Source: Candidatus Woesearchaeota archaeon (GTDB lineage: Archaea; Nanobdellota; Nanobdellia; Woesearchaeales; GW2011-AR4). Taken from it: a DNA stretch of 64,000 nucleotides. The DNA is taken from positions 109,923-173,922 of the forward strand of contig JACPMR010000010.1 in assembly GCA_016185945.1 (NCBI GenBank), in the 5' to 3' direction. Shown piece after piece: positions 1 to 9,688 of this stretch (position 1 is its first letter; the number at the start of each line of letters is the position of its first letter). The notes beneath the pieces were generated by a model. That model saw nothing but the letters and a program-made list of their open reading frames with translations, made no database searches and was not told the DNA's origin. Position numbers and translations under genes: made by a program.

Positions 1-381
1 GTGAAAGAAAGCACTACAAGAAGCATCTTATTTGACAAGAATTTTGAATTTATAACATCCGACTACACTATAAGCGAGATGCACGAGCATAAAGACGAAT
101 TGAAAGCCAAGACAAATCTAAGCGATGAGGAATTTGATATTCTTTTGACTTTAATTTTTGAGCATATTAAAATTATTCCAGAATCATATTACAAGGATTT
201 TATGGATGAATGCAAGAATGACATAAGCGATCCAGATGATATTCCCATTCTAGCTGTGGCAATTGCTGCCAAAGCCAATGGTATTTGGGCACATGACCTA
301 CATTTTAAGAAACAGAAAAGAGTGAAAGTATTCACTAACATGGATTTGTTGAAATTAAGTAAAAAGAATGAGTTCGATTAA
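1..381 (+). CDS. PIN-domain protein (PIN_2-like toxin), probably 5'-truncated by the window edge
   Basis: DPDDIPILAVA..IWAHDLHF motif; paralogous to 37258..37668; the first PIN strand (xxDTN) is missing, so the start is probably upstream. Confidence 0.75.
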   Translation: MKESTTRSILFDKNFEFITSDYTISEMHEHKDELKAKTNLSDEEFDILLTLIFEHIKIIPESYYKDFMDECKNDISDPDDIPILAVAIAAKANGIWAHDLHFKKQKRVKVFTNMDLLKLSKKNEFD

Positions 382-394
382 AAGTAATAAAATA

Positions 395-590
395 TGCGGA
401 GGGCAGGACTTGCGTGCGAGCCTCGTCAAAGACTCGGCAGTTCGAACCTGCGTAGGCACTAAGCCAATAGGTGTCTTAATTTCATTGCATTCTATGAATG
501 CTCATAACACCAGAAATGCCTAAGCCTATCCCGTTTGACCATTGCGGCTTGCGAGCGAACTTATCGTTCGCATGTCTCCGGCACCTCCGC
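395..590 (-). tRNA. trnL: tRNA-Leu(UAG) with three predicted introns: 15/16 (542-575), 37/38 (473-518), 59/60 (409-440)
   Basis: Spliced minus strand gives an 84-nt cloverleaf: GCGGAGGTGCCGGAG|TGGTCAAACGGGATAGGCTTAGG|ACCTATTGGCTTAGTGCCTACGCAGGTTCGAA|TCCTGCCCTCCGCA. Acceptor stem GCGGAGG/CCTCCGC, anticodon TAG, long variable arm. Perfect BHB at 37/38, relaxed BHBs at the other two; no encoded CCA. Confidence 0.9.
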
Positions 591-700
591 ATATGGCAAG
601 ATTAGAGAATATTGTTTAAAAAGGTTGCTAAAAATAAGTTAATAGTTAAGAAGAAAATTTCAATCTGCCTTCGGCAAAAACTTGAATCTTAACTTATTGT

Positions 701-873
701 TTCAATCCGTCGTGCTTCGCACGACAATATCTTGGCGCGTCGGCAGTCTGCTGTGGAAGCTCTTGCCTTCGTACTCCTCCTCCGCGCCTATTATATTCAA
801 TAATTTCAGGCGAACTTTCCTGAGCTGGGCTCCCATATCATGCTTGCATATAGTGGGAAGCGACGTTGATTGA
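701..873. repeat. Dispersed structured intergenic element, family A copy 1
   Basis: Bounded by TTCAATC...GATTGA; core CCTGAGCTGGGCTCCCA..TGCTTGC..TGGGAAGCGACGT; colinear with 43344-43513. Confidence 0.8.
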
Positions 874-957
874 GATATTTTTCATTGAGTTATTTATATT
901 TGAATTTTATTATTGAATCTTTATGTTTTAATTACAATAACAAAGAACTCAAACTTT

Positions 958-1128
958 TTACCTTATCTTTTTTTGCCAAGTATAGCTTCTCAATCTTTTG
1001 CTTTTGCCATAACCGCATGAGCTGCACCTTTTCTTGCTGCCTATATTAAAAGTCCTTTTGCCGCAGCGCCTGCAGTAAATCATGTTCTTCTTTCCAGACT
1101 TCTCCCCCATTGAAGGCGTGCCTTTCAT
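958..1128 (-). CDS. rpl37e: 50S ribosomal protein L37e (not in ORF track, 56 aa)
   Basis: Translates MKGTPSMGEKSGKKNMIYCRRCGKRTFNIGSKKRCSSCGYGKSKRLRSYTWQKKIR; CxxC..CxxC; downstream of Lsm as is usual in archaea. Confidence 0.95.
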   Translation of the reverse strand: MKGTPSMGEKSGKKNMIYCRRCGKRTFNIGSKKRCSSCGYGKSKRLRSYTWQKKIR

Positions 1129-1142
1129 TTTATTCCAGAAAT

Positions 1143-1367
1143 CTATTCAGTTGATATTACGGTTATTGTGTCTCCTCTTATAAAGATAGTATTGAGCTTT
1201 CTTGTCATTTCTCCATCAGCCCTTTCCTCAACATCTTCAAGAACTACATTAATGTGAATGTCAAATGATTTAAGCTTGCCGATGTACTGCTTGTTGTTTT
1301 TCAACTCAACAATAATTCTTTTGTCTCTTGCCTTGTTCAATGCATCCAGTGGTCTTGCCTGCTCCAT
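1143..1367 (-). CDS. Sm-like (Lsm/SmAP) RNA-binding protein
   Basis: RPLDAL, GKLKSFDIHINVVL, IFIRGD Sm1/Sm2 motifs. Confidence 0.95.
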   Translation of the reverse strand: MEQARPLDALNKARDKRIIVELKNNKQYIGKLKSFDIHINVVLEDVEERADGEMTRKLNTIFIRGDTITVISTE

Positions 1368-1415
1368 AAAACACCTCGGGTGGATGAAATTTGGCTTGTT
1401 TATAAAACTTTCCCA

Positions 1416-1835
1416 TCATTTCTTTTTCAAAACTCCGTCAGGGACTTTGTATTCGCGCCATGAGACATTCCTGTTTTCAATCGCCGATTTCAGGGATTTT
1501 TGGATTGGCGAAACTTGGGATGTTCCGCTTTTCACTTCAACAAAAACAACTTCATGAATTTTTTTTTCGTCCATTCCCTTGAATACAACAAAATCGATTG
1601 GCTTGCCGATGAACCTTGCCTCTGTCGGCTTAAAAGGGAAATCGGAAAAGTATGGCGCTAATTGCTCGGAGAATTGCCCGCCCAAGACAGCCCTTGACTG
1701 CTTTATAGCGTCTTCCCTTATTTCAGGTATTTTTTCTTTGTGTTGCTTGTGGGAGATGTATTTTCCAAGCAGATACCCAATAAATAAAATTACACACAAT
1801 AATGCGATAATTCTAACCAACTCAATGAATTCCAT
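1416..1835 (-). CDS. Membrane-anchored Holliday-junction-resolvase-like endonuclease (Endonuc_Holl type)
   Basis: N-terminal TM; SRAVLGGQFSEQLAP, FIGKPIDFVVF, FVEVKSG PD-(D/E)xK motif. Confidence 0.85.
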   Translation of the reverse strand: MEFIELVRIIALLCVILFIGYLLGKYISHKQHKEKIPEIREDAIKQSRAVLGGQFSEQLAPYFSDFPFKPTEARFIGKPIDFVVFKGMDEKKIHEVVFVEVKSGTSQVSPIQKSLKSAIENRNVSWREYKVPDGVLKKK

Positions 1836-1913
1836 AAAAAGGGATTAATTTTGCTTTAATAAATAATTATCGATATAGAAACACTTATAAATCTTTAAAA
1901 ATTACCTTATGCT

Positions 1914-2294
1914 ATGGCGATTTCGCAGGCACGTCCTAAAAGAAAGGTAACTGGCGGAAGGTATATTGACTACAGAAAGAAAAGGCAGTACGAGCTAGGC
2001 AGAGAGCCGTCTTTCACAAAGCTTGGCAAGAAAAGAGTGCAAGTAATAAGGACTAGAGCCGCAAACAGAAAGCTAAGATTGCTAAGCGCAGACATTGCCA
2101 ATTTATTTGACCCTAAGACAAAATCATTCAAGCAGGTTAAGATAAAAACAATAACTGACAACCCTGCAAACAGGCACTTCATAAGGAGAAACATAATGAC
2201 AATGGGCTCTGTGATTGACACAGAGCTTGGAAAGGCAAGGATAACTTCAAGACCCGGACAAGATGGAGTTGTCAATGCTGTGCTGATTTCTTGA
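1914..2294 (+). CDS. rps8e: 30S ribosomal protein S8e
   Basis: RKVTGGR, KKRQYELGR, ITSRPGQDGVVNAVL. Confidence 0.97.
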   Translation: MAISQARPKRKVTGGRYIDYRKKRQYELGREPSFTKLGKKRVQVIRTRAANRKLRLLSADIANLFDPKTKSFKQVKIKTITDNPANRHFIRRNIMTMGSVIDTELGKARITSRPGQDGVVNAVLIS

Positions 2295-2345
2295 GTTTGT
2301 TACTTTAGAGTTAAGAAAAGAGAAAGGTTTAAAAATAATCTATAA

Positions 2346-3026
2346 ATGACTTGCCTAATGGAGGAAGTAGCCAAAAGACCAAAACCATCAGGGAATCTTT
2401 TGTTTAGTGTATTAGGCGGTAATCTTGATCGTCTTGAAGCTTTGCATCATGGTTTAGCAGAAACACCCCTAAAGGAATTTTACCCACATTTAAATCTTGA
2501 AGAATTGATTGTATTTGAAATAGCTTCTTGGGAACTAAGAAGTACTCATGATTCTGGCCTTCGAAATGCAGTAAGATCAAGAGATATTTATGGGATTTTT
2601 GATTATATATTTGGTTATGGTTTTCCTAGAGTTCATAGATATGAACCAACTTCAAAAATACTAAAGGGGAGATATGCAAGAATGAACCCATTTAAAGGTA
2701 GAAACTTAAGGCATAGGCTTCAAAGAGTTAGCTTAGGAGTAGTTAATGATTTAATTGATGCATTAAAAGCTCCCGTCAATAAATACCTATTCGAGAGTGA
2801 TTTCGAAGATTTTAGTAGGTTTACTGATATGGACGCGACAAAAATGTTAGGATTTCAGCCAAAAAGATACAACAGAAAACACAGAGAATCTATTGCTCAG
2901 AGATATGCTGCTGAAATTGCAAGATTTATTTCTCAATACCTGGGAGATTATGTTCCCACTCCCAATCAAGGCCAACTTTTTCCTGTTGCTGACAGATATT
3001 CTAGAAGAGTTCCTGTGCATAGCTAA
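2346..3026 (+). CDS. Hypothetical protein
   Basis: 226-aa ORF preceded by a BRE/TATA-like GAAAGGTTTAAAAA; no recognised motif. Confidence 0.6.
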   Translation: MTCLMEEVAKRPKPSGNLLFSVLGGNLDRLEALHHGLAETPLKEFYPHLNLEELIVFEIASWELRSTHDSGLRNAVRSRDIYGIFDYIFGYGFPRVHRYEPTSKILKGRYARMNPFKGRNLRHRLQRVSLGVVNDLIDALKAPVNKYLFESDFEDFSRFTDMDATKMLGFQPKRYNRKHRESIAQRYAAEIARFISQYLGDYVPTPNQGQLFPVADRYSRRVPVHS

Positions 3027-3057
3027 ATTTAAATAACATTTTCATTATCGCTTTTCT

Positions 3058-3765
3058 ATGAACAAACTACTTAAAATCTACAACTCGCTCCATTCCCATT
3101 TCGGTTTACAAAATTGGTGGCCAGTAACCGAAGAAAGCAAGATTCATCCAGAGTATTCTGGCGGTCCTAAGAATGAAAAACAGCAATTGGAAGTAATTTT
3201 TGGCGCTATTCTTACACAAAATACAAGCTGGAAGAATGTGGAAAAAGCCATTGCTGAATTGAACAAAAACAATTTAATTGATATCAAAAAAATAAATGAA
3301 ATTGAGCATCAAAAATTAGCTAGAATAATAAAATCATCCGTCTACCACAATCAGAAAGCGAAGAAGCTGAAGAATTTCTGCAATTTTTTATTAAGAAATT
3401 ATAATGGAAATTTAAGGCGATTGTTTAAAAAAAATGTTGGTGAATTAAGAAAAGAACTTCTATCCGTTAATGGAATCGGACCTGAAACTGCTGATTCAAT
3501 AATCCTGTATGCAGCGAAAAAGCCCATATTCGTAATTGACGCCTACACAAAAAGGATAATCCATAGGGTTGGCTACAATGAAAAAACTTATGACGAGCTG
3601 CAAAAGCTTTTCATGCAAAATCTTCCAAACAGCGAAAGATTATTTAATGAGTGCCATGCATTATTAGTAGAATTAGGGAAGAATATATGCAAGAAAAAAC
3701 CGTTATGCGTTGAATGCCCAATTAATATGCATTGCAATTATTATAAAGCCTCATTCAAGCTTTAA
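3058..3765 (+). CDS. Endonuclease III-related HhH-GPD DNA glycosylase with 4Fe-4S motif
   Basis: GAILTQNTSW, NGIGPETADSI, VIDAY, CKKKPLCVECPINMHC. Confidence 0.92.
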   Translation: MNKLLKIYNSLHSHFGLQNWWPVTEESKIHPEYSGGPKNEKQQLEVIFGAILTQNTSWKNVEKAIAELNKNNLIDIKKINEIEHQKLARIIKSSVYHNQKAKKLKNFCNFLLRNYNGNLRRLFKKNVGELRKELLSVNGIGPETADSIILYAAKKPIFVIDAYTKRIIHRVGYNEKTYDELQKLFMQNLPNSERLFNECHALLVELGKNICKKKPLCVECPINMHCNYYKASFKL

Positions 3766-5361
3766 CTCTTTTAGAATAACATTTGCTACATTCTCTGTTA
3801 CCAACTGATTTGCCTTTAAGGTCGGATGCCCAAAAGTTGGACGAATATTATCCAAAAAATATTCGTTATATGATGCATTTTCCAATGCTTTCTTAAAATT
3901 CTCTTCATTGCTGACAAAGATTATGTCTTCATCTCCTCTAAAATAGTTTTTTAAATCCCGCACATCTAAAGTAGGATACTGCATTGCTATAAGTTTAATT
4001 CCTCTTTCATTTAGTGTCTTGTACAATTTCCTGTAATTTTCTTTTGGAGTTGGCCTATAGTAGCTTTCACTTTCTTTAAATGCCTTATTAATCATTTTAT
4101 CAGCTTCATCAAACTGTCTGTTTTTCTCGTAACGAGTTGCTAGTGTTCCGTAAGCCATTATTTTTGCATTTTTTTCTTTAATATTCTCAAGTAACCCTTC
4201 CGCCTCTTGTGACCTATTATTTTTTAAATAATGCCATGCAAGTTCAGCATATGCAGCATAATTAGTTTGGTTTTTTTCAATTGTCCTTCTTAATAATTCT
4301 ACAGTTTCATTAGTTTTTTCCAATTTCTCATAAAGCTCGCCTATCCAGAATATTTCCTCAATTTTGCCTGAGTTTTGTTCAATTACACCCTTTAACATTG
4401 TATAAGCCATAAAGGAGTTATTTAATTGCATGTAAAGTCTTGCTGATTGTATAAAGACGTGCTCGTCATATTCCTTTATAACTTGCAGATATCTTAGATA
4501 CTCTACTAGCGCTTCTCTTGGTCTATTAGTTTTAATATAGAGTTGTGCCAAATATAGGTATGCATATTTATCGTCAGGCTTTAGCTCAATAATTTTCTTA
4601 AGAACCCTCTCAGCATCTTCGTACATGCCTGCTAGAAAAAACCCGTAACCTAAATTGCTTTGTGGCTTAAAATCGTCAGGCTGTACCTCCAAAAGTTTCT
4701 TTGCCACTTGCGCGCTTTTAGCATACTTGCCATACTGTCCGTAAAATTTTCCCAATTCAGCCAATGCATTTAAATTCCCTGGTTCTTTCTCAACCTTCAT
4801 TTTTAACTTTCTTTCTTCTGCCTTGTATTTTTTTTCTCTGTACCATTCTATTTTTTTAATAATCTCCTGCTTCAATGACTTTATACTAAATTTAATTAAA
4901 TTGTATATCCTAAAATCTTTCAAGATTAGAATAATTTTTTGATTATCTTTCGGCTTAAAGTAAAAATCCGGCTCGTTAACCCCCATCATTGTGATTACCA
5001 CGTGTGGTTTGTACTTATCTAAATTATCGTTTAAGTTCCTTACAATGTCGTAGCTGATTCCTGGCGAAATACCCTCATTGAATACCTTGAACTTTACATT
5101 TTTGCTCTCTTTATTTAAAATAACGCCGAGCTCTTCTGGCCATGAACCCTGCCCATTACGAAGGTCCGCCGTTTCAGAGCCACCCAAGGCAAGAATACGA
5201 TACGTACCCATTGTATTGCCTGCTTTGTTTTGATGACGCTGCCAAGCAATGTAACCAAAAGCATTGACACGAAGCACTACTTCGAGCAGAATAATTATTA
5301 AAAGAAATCGAAATATTGCTATTCTTATTTTTCTCTTAGAAAATCTCAAAACTATCATCAA
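3751..5361 (-). CDS. Membrane-anchored SGNH/GDSL-like protein with inserted TPR array
   Basis: N-terminal TM; ILALGGSET (block I variant), FNEG, MMGVNE, C-terminal FGHPT; central TPR-like helices. Confidence 0.75.
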   Translation of the reverse strand: MMIVLRFSKRKIRIAIFRFLLIIILLEVVLRVNAFGYIAWQRHQNKAGNTMGTYRILALGGSETADLRNGQGSWPEELGVILNKESKNVKFKVFNEGISPGISYDIVRNLNDNLDKYKPHVVITMMGVNEPDFYFKPKDNQKIILILKDFRIYNLIKFSIKSLKQEIIKKIEWYREKKYKAEERKLKMKVEKEPGNLNALAELGKFYGQYGKYAKSAQVAKKLLEVQPDDFKPQSNLGYGFFLAGMYEDAERVLKKIIELKPDDKYAYLYLAQLYIKTNRPREALVEYLRYLQVIKEYDEHVFIQSARLYMQLNNSFMAYTMLKGVIEQNSGKIEEIFWIGELYEKLEKTNETVELLRRTIEKNQTNYAAYAELAWHYLKNNRSQEAEGLLENIKEKNAKIMAYGTLATRYEKNRQFDEADKMINKAFKESESYYRPTPKENYRKLYKTLNERGIKLIAMQYPTLDVRDLKNYFRGDEDIIFVSNEENFKKALENASYNEYFLDNIRPTFGHPTLKANQLVTENVANVILKELKLE

Positions 5362-5407
5362 ATAAGGAAAGTTTATATAGTCTATTTAAATTTTGTTGCA
5401 ATTTAAA

Positions 5408-6880
5408 ATGATATATTTATTCAACTCAATCGATTTCATCTTATTTTTTATTTTAATATTTCTTGCATATTGGATTCTGCCTAATCACTTCAAAAATATC
5501 TTTTTGCTTATTGTAAGTTATGTTTTTTATGCAAGCTGGAATTGGAAACTGTTAAGCTTGCTTTTGATTTCATCTATTGCAAATTATTTCTGCGGATTGT
5601 GGGTTCTCAGAGCAAAAAACCAAGCTTCAAAAAGATTCTATTTAATTTTGGGCATTTTATTTAATTTATCATTGCTTGGATTTTTTAAATATTTCAATTT
5701 TTTTGCTGAAAATTTCTTTAACTTGCTGAATGCTATAGGCTTCAAAGTGAGCTTTACAGCACTAAAGATTATACTCCCGCTTGGAATATCTTTCTATACT
5801 TTTAGAGCATTAAGTTACATTATTGATGTCTATACTAATAAATTTGCGCCAACAAGGAATTTCATTGATTTCTCTTTATTTATTGCCTATTTCCCGCATT
5901 TGATTGCTGGCCCAATTGAAAGGGCAAAAGATATCGTACCTCAATTACAAGCTGAAAAACAGTTTAGGAATATTAACTACAAAGAAGGTTTTTATTTGTT
6001 TATATATGGCTTGTTCAAAAAAGTAGTCATTGCTGACACAGTAGCATCTGTAGTCAATGGTATATTCGCATTTTCCAGTCCCTCAGGTGCACAAGTTTTG
6101 CTTGCAATATACGCTTTTGCAGTTCAAATTTATTGTGATTTTTCTGGCTATACCGACATGGCACGAGGCATCTCATATTTTTTGGGAATTAAGTCGAGCA
6201 TAAATTTTAATTTGCCATTTTTTACCAAGAAGCCTTCGGATTTTTTAAAACGATGGCACATAACTCTGTCAAAATGGATTACAGATTATGTTTATATGCC
6301 ACTTTTTTTCCATTTATCTGGAAAAAGCTTGATGTTTCTCAAGAATATTAGGGTTAAGTTTTACATTTCTGGTATTATTGCAACTTTTGCCACAATGGTG
6401 GCATTTGGCTTTTGGCATGGTGCTTCATGGAATTTTATATTCATGGGCGTGTACCTATTTGCTATAGTCATGGCGTCCAAAGTTTTCGAATACTTATCAA
6501 AAAGATTTGTTCCAGCAATAAAGAACAAATTTATACAATATATAACTTCAGCATTAAGCATTGTGCTCACATCTCACATAATTTGGTATGGACTAACATT
6601 TTCTTATAAATCTCAAAGTACGATACAAGTTTACACATTTACAAAATCATTAATCTCAAATTTTAAATTATCAGAACTATTTGTTCTGAATTACTGGTAT
6701 CTTTATTTATTTATAGCGTTTTTAGTCATTTATGAGGTACTTCAATATATGAAAAATGACGAATTATTCATCACAAAACAAAATTTTTATATCCAGCTTG
6801 TATTTTATTTGATTATAGCCCTTGTATATATCAATGTTGGGGCTATAACAAATGTTGAATTTGTTTATTTCCAATTTTGA
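5408..6880 (+). CDS. MBOAT O-acyltransferase (AlgI/DltB/PatA type)
   Basis: LPLGISFYTF, FPHLIAGPIER, YCDFSGYTDMA, RWHITLSKW, GFWHGASWNF, C-terminal FVYFQF. Confidence 0.95.
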   Translation: MIYLFNSIDFILFFILIFLAYWILPNHFKNIFLLIVSYVFYASWNWKLLSLLLISSIANYFCGLWVLRAKNQASKRFYLILGILFNLSLLGFFKYFNFFAENFFNLLNAIGFKVSFTALKIILPLGISFYTFRALSYIIDVYTNKFAPTRNFIDFSLFIAYFPHLIAGPIERAKDIVPQLQAEKQFRNINYKEGFYLFIYGLFKKVVIADTVASVVNGIFAFSSPSGAQVLLAIYAFAVQIYCDFSGYTDMARGISYFLGIKSSINFNLPFFTKKPSDFLKRWHITLSKWITDYVYMPLFFHLSGKSLMFLKNIRVKFYISGIIATFATMVAFGFWHGASWNFIFMGVYLFAIVMASKVFEYLSKRFVPAIKNKFIQYITSALSIVLTSHIIWYGLTFSYKSQSTIQVYTFTKSLISNFKLSELFVLNYWYLYLFIAFLVIYEVLQYMKNDELFITKQNFYIQLVFYLIIALVYINVGAITNVEFVYFQF

Positions 6881-6886
6881 GTAATA

Positions 6887-7243
6887 ATGAAAATAAAAAA
6901 TAAAATTGGAATTGGTGCAGATATTGTCAGAGTTAATAGGTTTGAAATCGTAAAAAATGACAAAAAATTTTTAAATAAAGTATTCTCTAAGAAGGAGATA
7001 GAATATTGTAGGAATAAAGCCAATGCTGCAGAAAGATTCGCAGCAAAATTTGCTGGGAAAGAAGCTGTTATGAAGGCATTCAGCGCCTTTAACAAAAAAA
7101 TGAATTTAAGCGATGTAGAGATTATAAACAAAAACAAAAGCCCAAAAGTAATAATAAAAAACCTTAAAGGGTTTAATATAAACTTGAGTTTATCGCACGA
7201 AAGGGATTACGCTGTTGCTTTTGCATTAATAACAAAAGAATAA
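6887..7243 (+). CDS. acpS: Holo-ACP synthase (AcpS-type phosphopantetheinyl transferase)
   Basis: GIGADIV, FAGKEAVMKA, LSLSHERDYAVA. Confidence 0.93.
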   Translation: MKIKNKIGIGADIVRVNRFEIVKNDKKFLNKVFSKKEIEYCRNKANAAERFAAKFAGKEAVMKAFSAFNKKMNLSDVEIINKNKSPKVIIKNLKGFNINLSLSHERDYAVAFALITKE

Positions 7244-7253
7244 GGGGGTAATT

Positions 7254-7505
7254 GTGGTAATAGAAAAAGTTATTGCTTTTTTGCAGTCAGACCCAGAGGT
7301 CAAGGAAAAATGGGATGATAAAGTTACCCATGACACGCATTTGATTGATGCTGGAGTTATAGATTCTTTCGCAATCATAAAACTGATAATGTTTTTAGAG
7401 GAAGAATTTAACATTAAACTAGAGTCAAATGAACTCGTTGAAAACAATTTTTCTACTCTTAAAAATATTGAGAAACTTGTAATTGAAAAAAATAATCAAA
7501 AATAA
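7254..7505 (+). CDS. Acyl carrier protein (DltC-like)
   Basis: 83 aa, acidic; GVIDSFAII phosphopantetheine Ser motif; FLEEEFNI. Confidence 0.9.
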   Translation: MVIEKVIAFLQSDPEVKEKWDDKVTHDTHLIDAGVIDSFAIIKLIMFLEEEFNIKLESNELVENNFSTLKNIEKLVIEKNNQK

Positions 7506-7506
7506 G

Positions 7507-9261
7507 ATGGCTGAACTAAAATTTAGCGAATATATCAACAAAAGCCCAACATTGGTTAAAAAACCGTCAATGAAAGATGTTAAAGTTGCATTTCTATCAA
7601 ATTTTACAATTACAGGGCTTGCTGAAACATTCAAAGTTTTATGCTATGAACATGGAATTTTCATTGATTGCTATACTGCCCCATATAATCAATATCAGCA
7701 AGAAATCCTAAACAAGTCCAGTCAGCTCTACAAATTTAATCCAGATATAATTTTTATTCTGTTGGATGGAGAGCAGCTTTTCAGCGATTTTTATTACTTT
7801 CCATATAGAATGAGCGAAGAGCAAAGAAAACAATTTATTGAAAATCAGTTTAAAGAAATAAAAAATTTGATTTCAATCTTAAAGGAAAATACTAATGCCA
7901 AGATTGTGATTAATAGTTTTCTTGTTCCACATTACTCAAGCAGAGGGATTATTGAAAACAAGCAAAAAAATGGAATAAGAAGTAGTATTCAGGCGCTTAA
8001 CAGCATGCTTGAGTCGTTATCACATAAAAATTTGCAATTATTCGTATTTGATACAAGCATATTTTGTTCTAAAATTGGATACGAGAATTTGGTTGATAAG
8101 AGACTATATTATTACGCTGACATGAAAATAGCACCAAAAGCATTGGTAAAATTAGCGAATGAGTATTTAGCATACATAATCCCACTAGCATCTATGACAA
8201 AAAAATGCATTGTTCTTGATTTGGACAATACAATTTGGGGAGGCATTATTGGAGAGGATGGCATTGCAAATATAAAACTTGGACCTGAAAAAGATGGTAA
8301 GCCATATTTTGGTTTCCAAAAAAGATTGCTTGAATTGCATGAGAGAGGCATTATATTGGCCATTAATAGCAGAAACAACTATAAAGAGGCAATCGATGCG
8401 ATAAAAAACCACAAATATATGGTTTTGAAGGAAGAACATTTTGCCAGCATAAAAATCAACTGGGAGGATAAAGCTACTAACATTAGGGAAATAGCGAAGG
8501 AAGTGAATATCGGATTGGAAAGCATGGTTTACATTGATGACGATGTCAGAAACCGGGAGATGATAAAGGAGCTTATTCCTGAAGTTTTTGTAGTAGAAAT
8601 GCCAAATGACTATGCTATGTACCCTGAAGTTATTGAAAATCTGAAAATGTTTAACACTTTTAACATAACAAGCGAGGACTTAAACAGGGGCAAGATGTAC
8701 TTAAGCCAGAAAAAAAGAGAACAATTAAAGTCAAAAGTGCAGGACTTAAATTCGTTTATTAAAATGCTTGGAATTGAAATAGACATTTCTAAAGCGAATA
8801 ACTTTACTATACCCAGAATAGCGCAACTCACCCAAAGAACTAATCAATTTAACTTAACTACAAATAGATATAGCGAAGAAGACATCAAAAAACTAGCTTC
8901 AGATGGCAATCATTTAGTGTACGGAGTTAATGTCAAAGATAAATTTGGCGACAATGGGCTTACCGGAACATTTATTATAAACAAAAAATTTAAGGAGAAA
9001 TGGGTGATAGACACGTTTCTGTTAAGTTGCAGGGTGCTTGGCAGGGATATTGAAAAAGCCATGCTTAATGAGCTCATTAGCATGGCTCATAAGGAAGGAG
9101 TGAAAGAATTGATTGGAAAATATTTTCCAACTCAAAAAAATATGCAGACTGCTAAATTCTATGCAGAGAACGGGTTTAAGCATTTAGACGAGAATACTTT
9201 CTTGTGCGAGAATCCTAGTCCTACAGAGAATATCGATGCAATTAGTGTAATTTTAAATTGA
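7507..9261 (+). CDS. FkbH-like glyceryl-ACP transferase/phosphatase (HAD-IIIC)
   Basis: LDLDNTIWGGIIGEDG, YIDDD, QLTQRTNQFNLT, DKFGDNG, LLSCRVLGR. Confidence 0.95.
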   Translation: MAELKFSEYINKSPTLVKKPSMKDVKVAFLSNFTITGLAETFKVLCYEHGIFIDCYTAPYNQYQQEILNKSSQLYKFNPDIIFILLDGEQLFSDFYYFPYRMSEEQRKQFIENQFKEIKNLISILKENTNAKIVINSFLVPHYSSRGIIENKQKNGIRSSIQALNSMLESLSHKNLQLFVFDTSIFCSKIGYENLVDKRLYYYADMKIAPKALVKLANEYLAYIIPLASMTKKCIVLDLDNTIWGGIIGEDGIANIKLGPEKDGKPYFGFQKRLLELHERGIILAINSRNNYKEAIDAIKNHKYMVLKEEHFASIKINWEDKATNIREIAKEVNIGLESMVYIDDDVRNREMIKELIPEVFVVEMPNDYAMYPEVIENLKMFNTFNITSEDLNRGKMYLSQKKREQLKSKVQDLNSFIKMLGIEIDISKANNFTIPRIAQLTQRTNQFNLTTNRYSEEDIKKLASDGNHLVYGVNVKDKFGDNGLTGTFIINKKFKEKWVIDTFLLSCRVLGRDIEKAMLNELISMAHKEGVKELIGKYFPTQKNMQTAKFYAENGFKHLDENTFLCENPSPTENIDAISVILN

Positions 9262-9274
9262 TAATCTGAAAGCC

Positions 9275-9688
9275 ATGAAATATGAAGATATATTGATTGG
9301 AGATACGGCTTCATTCAAGCATACAATTACAGAAAAGGATGTTGAATTATTTGCAAAAATATCAGGTGACAAAAATCCGCTGCATTTTGATGAAAATTTT
9401 GCAAAAAAGGCAGATTTTTCAGGAAAGATAGTCCATGGAATGCTTGCCGGCTCATTGTTTTCGAAGCTTGTTGGTATGCATTTGCCTGGAAGATGTATTT
9501 ATGTTTCGCAAGAACTCGAGTTTAAAAATCCCATAACCCCAAATACCGAAATCATTATAGAAGGAAGAGTAATAAAGAAGATAGATGTATTTAGATTGGT
9601 GACTATAGAGACAAATATCAAGGATCCATTGTCAAACAAAAAATACATAACTGGCAAAGCAAGAGTAAAAGTTCTAAATGTCGATTAA
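9275..9688 (+). CDS. MaoC-like (R)-specific dehydratase
   Basis: FAKISGDKNPLH, IVHGML hot-dog hydratase motif. Confidence 0.92.
   Translation: MKYEDILIGDTASFKHTITEKDVELFAKISGDKNPLHFDENFAKKADFSGKIVHGMLAGSLFSKLVGMHLPGRCIYVSQELEFKNPITPNTEIIIEGRVIKKIDVFRLVTIETNIKDPLSNKKYITGKARVKVLNVD

Noticed and set aside
701-873. TTTCAATC/ATTGAA ends resemble CRISPR repeat termini
   Set aside because: No regularly spaced direct repeats with spacers and no cas genes; the motifs are dispersed inverted ends
734-873. Possible HDV-like ribozyme or glycine/lysine riboswitch (CCTCCTC, CTCAGG, GCCGA sub-motifs)
   Set aside because: I could not build the required pairings or motif order; copies occur in both orientations next to unrelated genes
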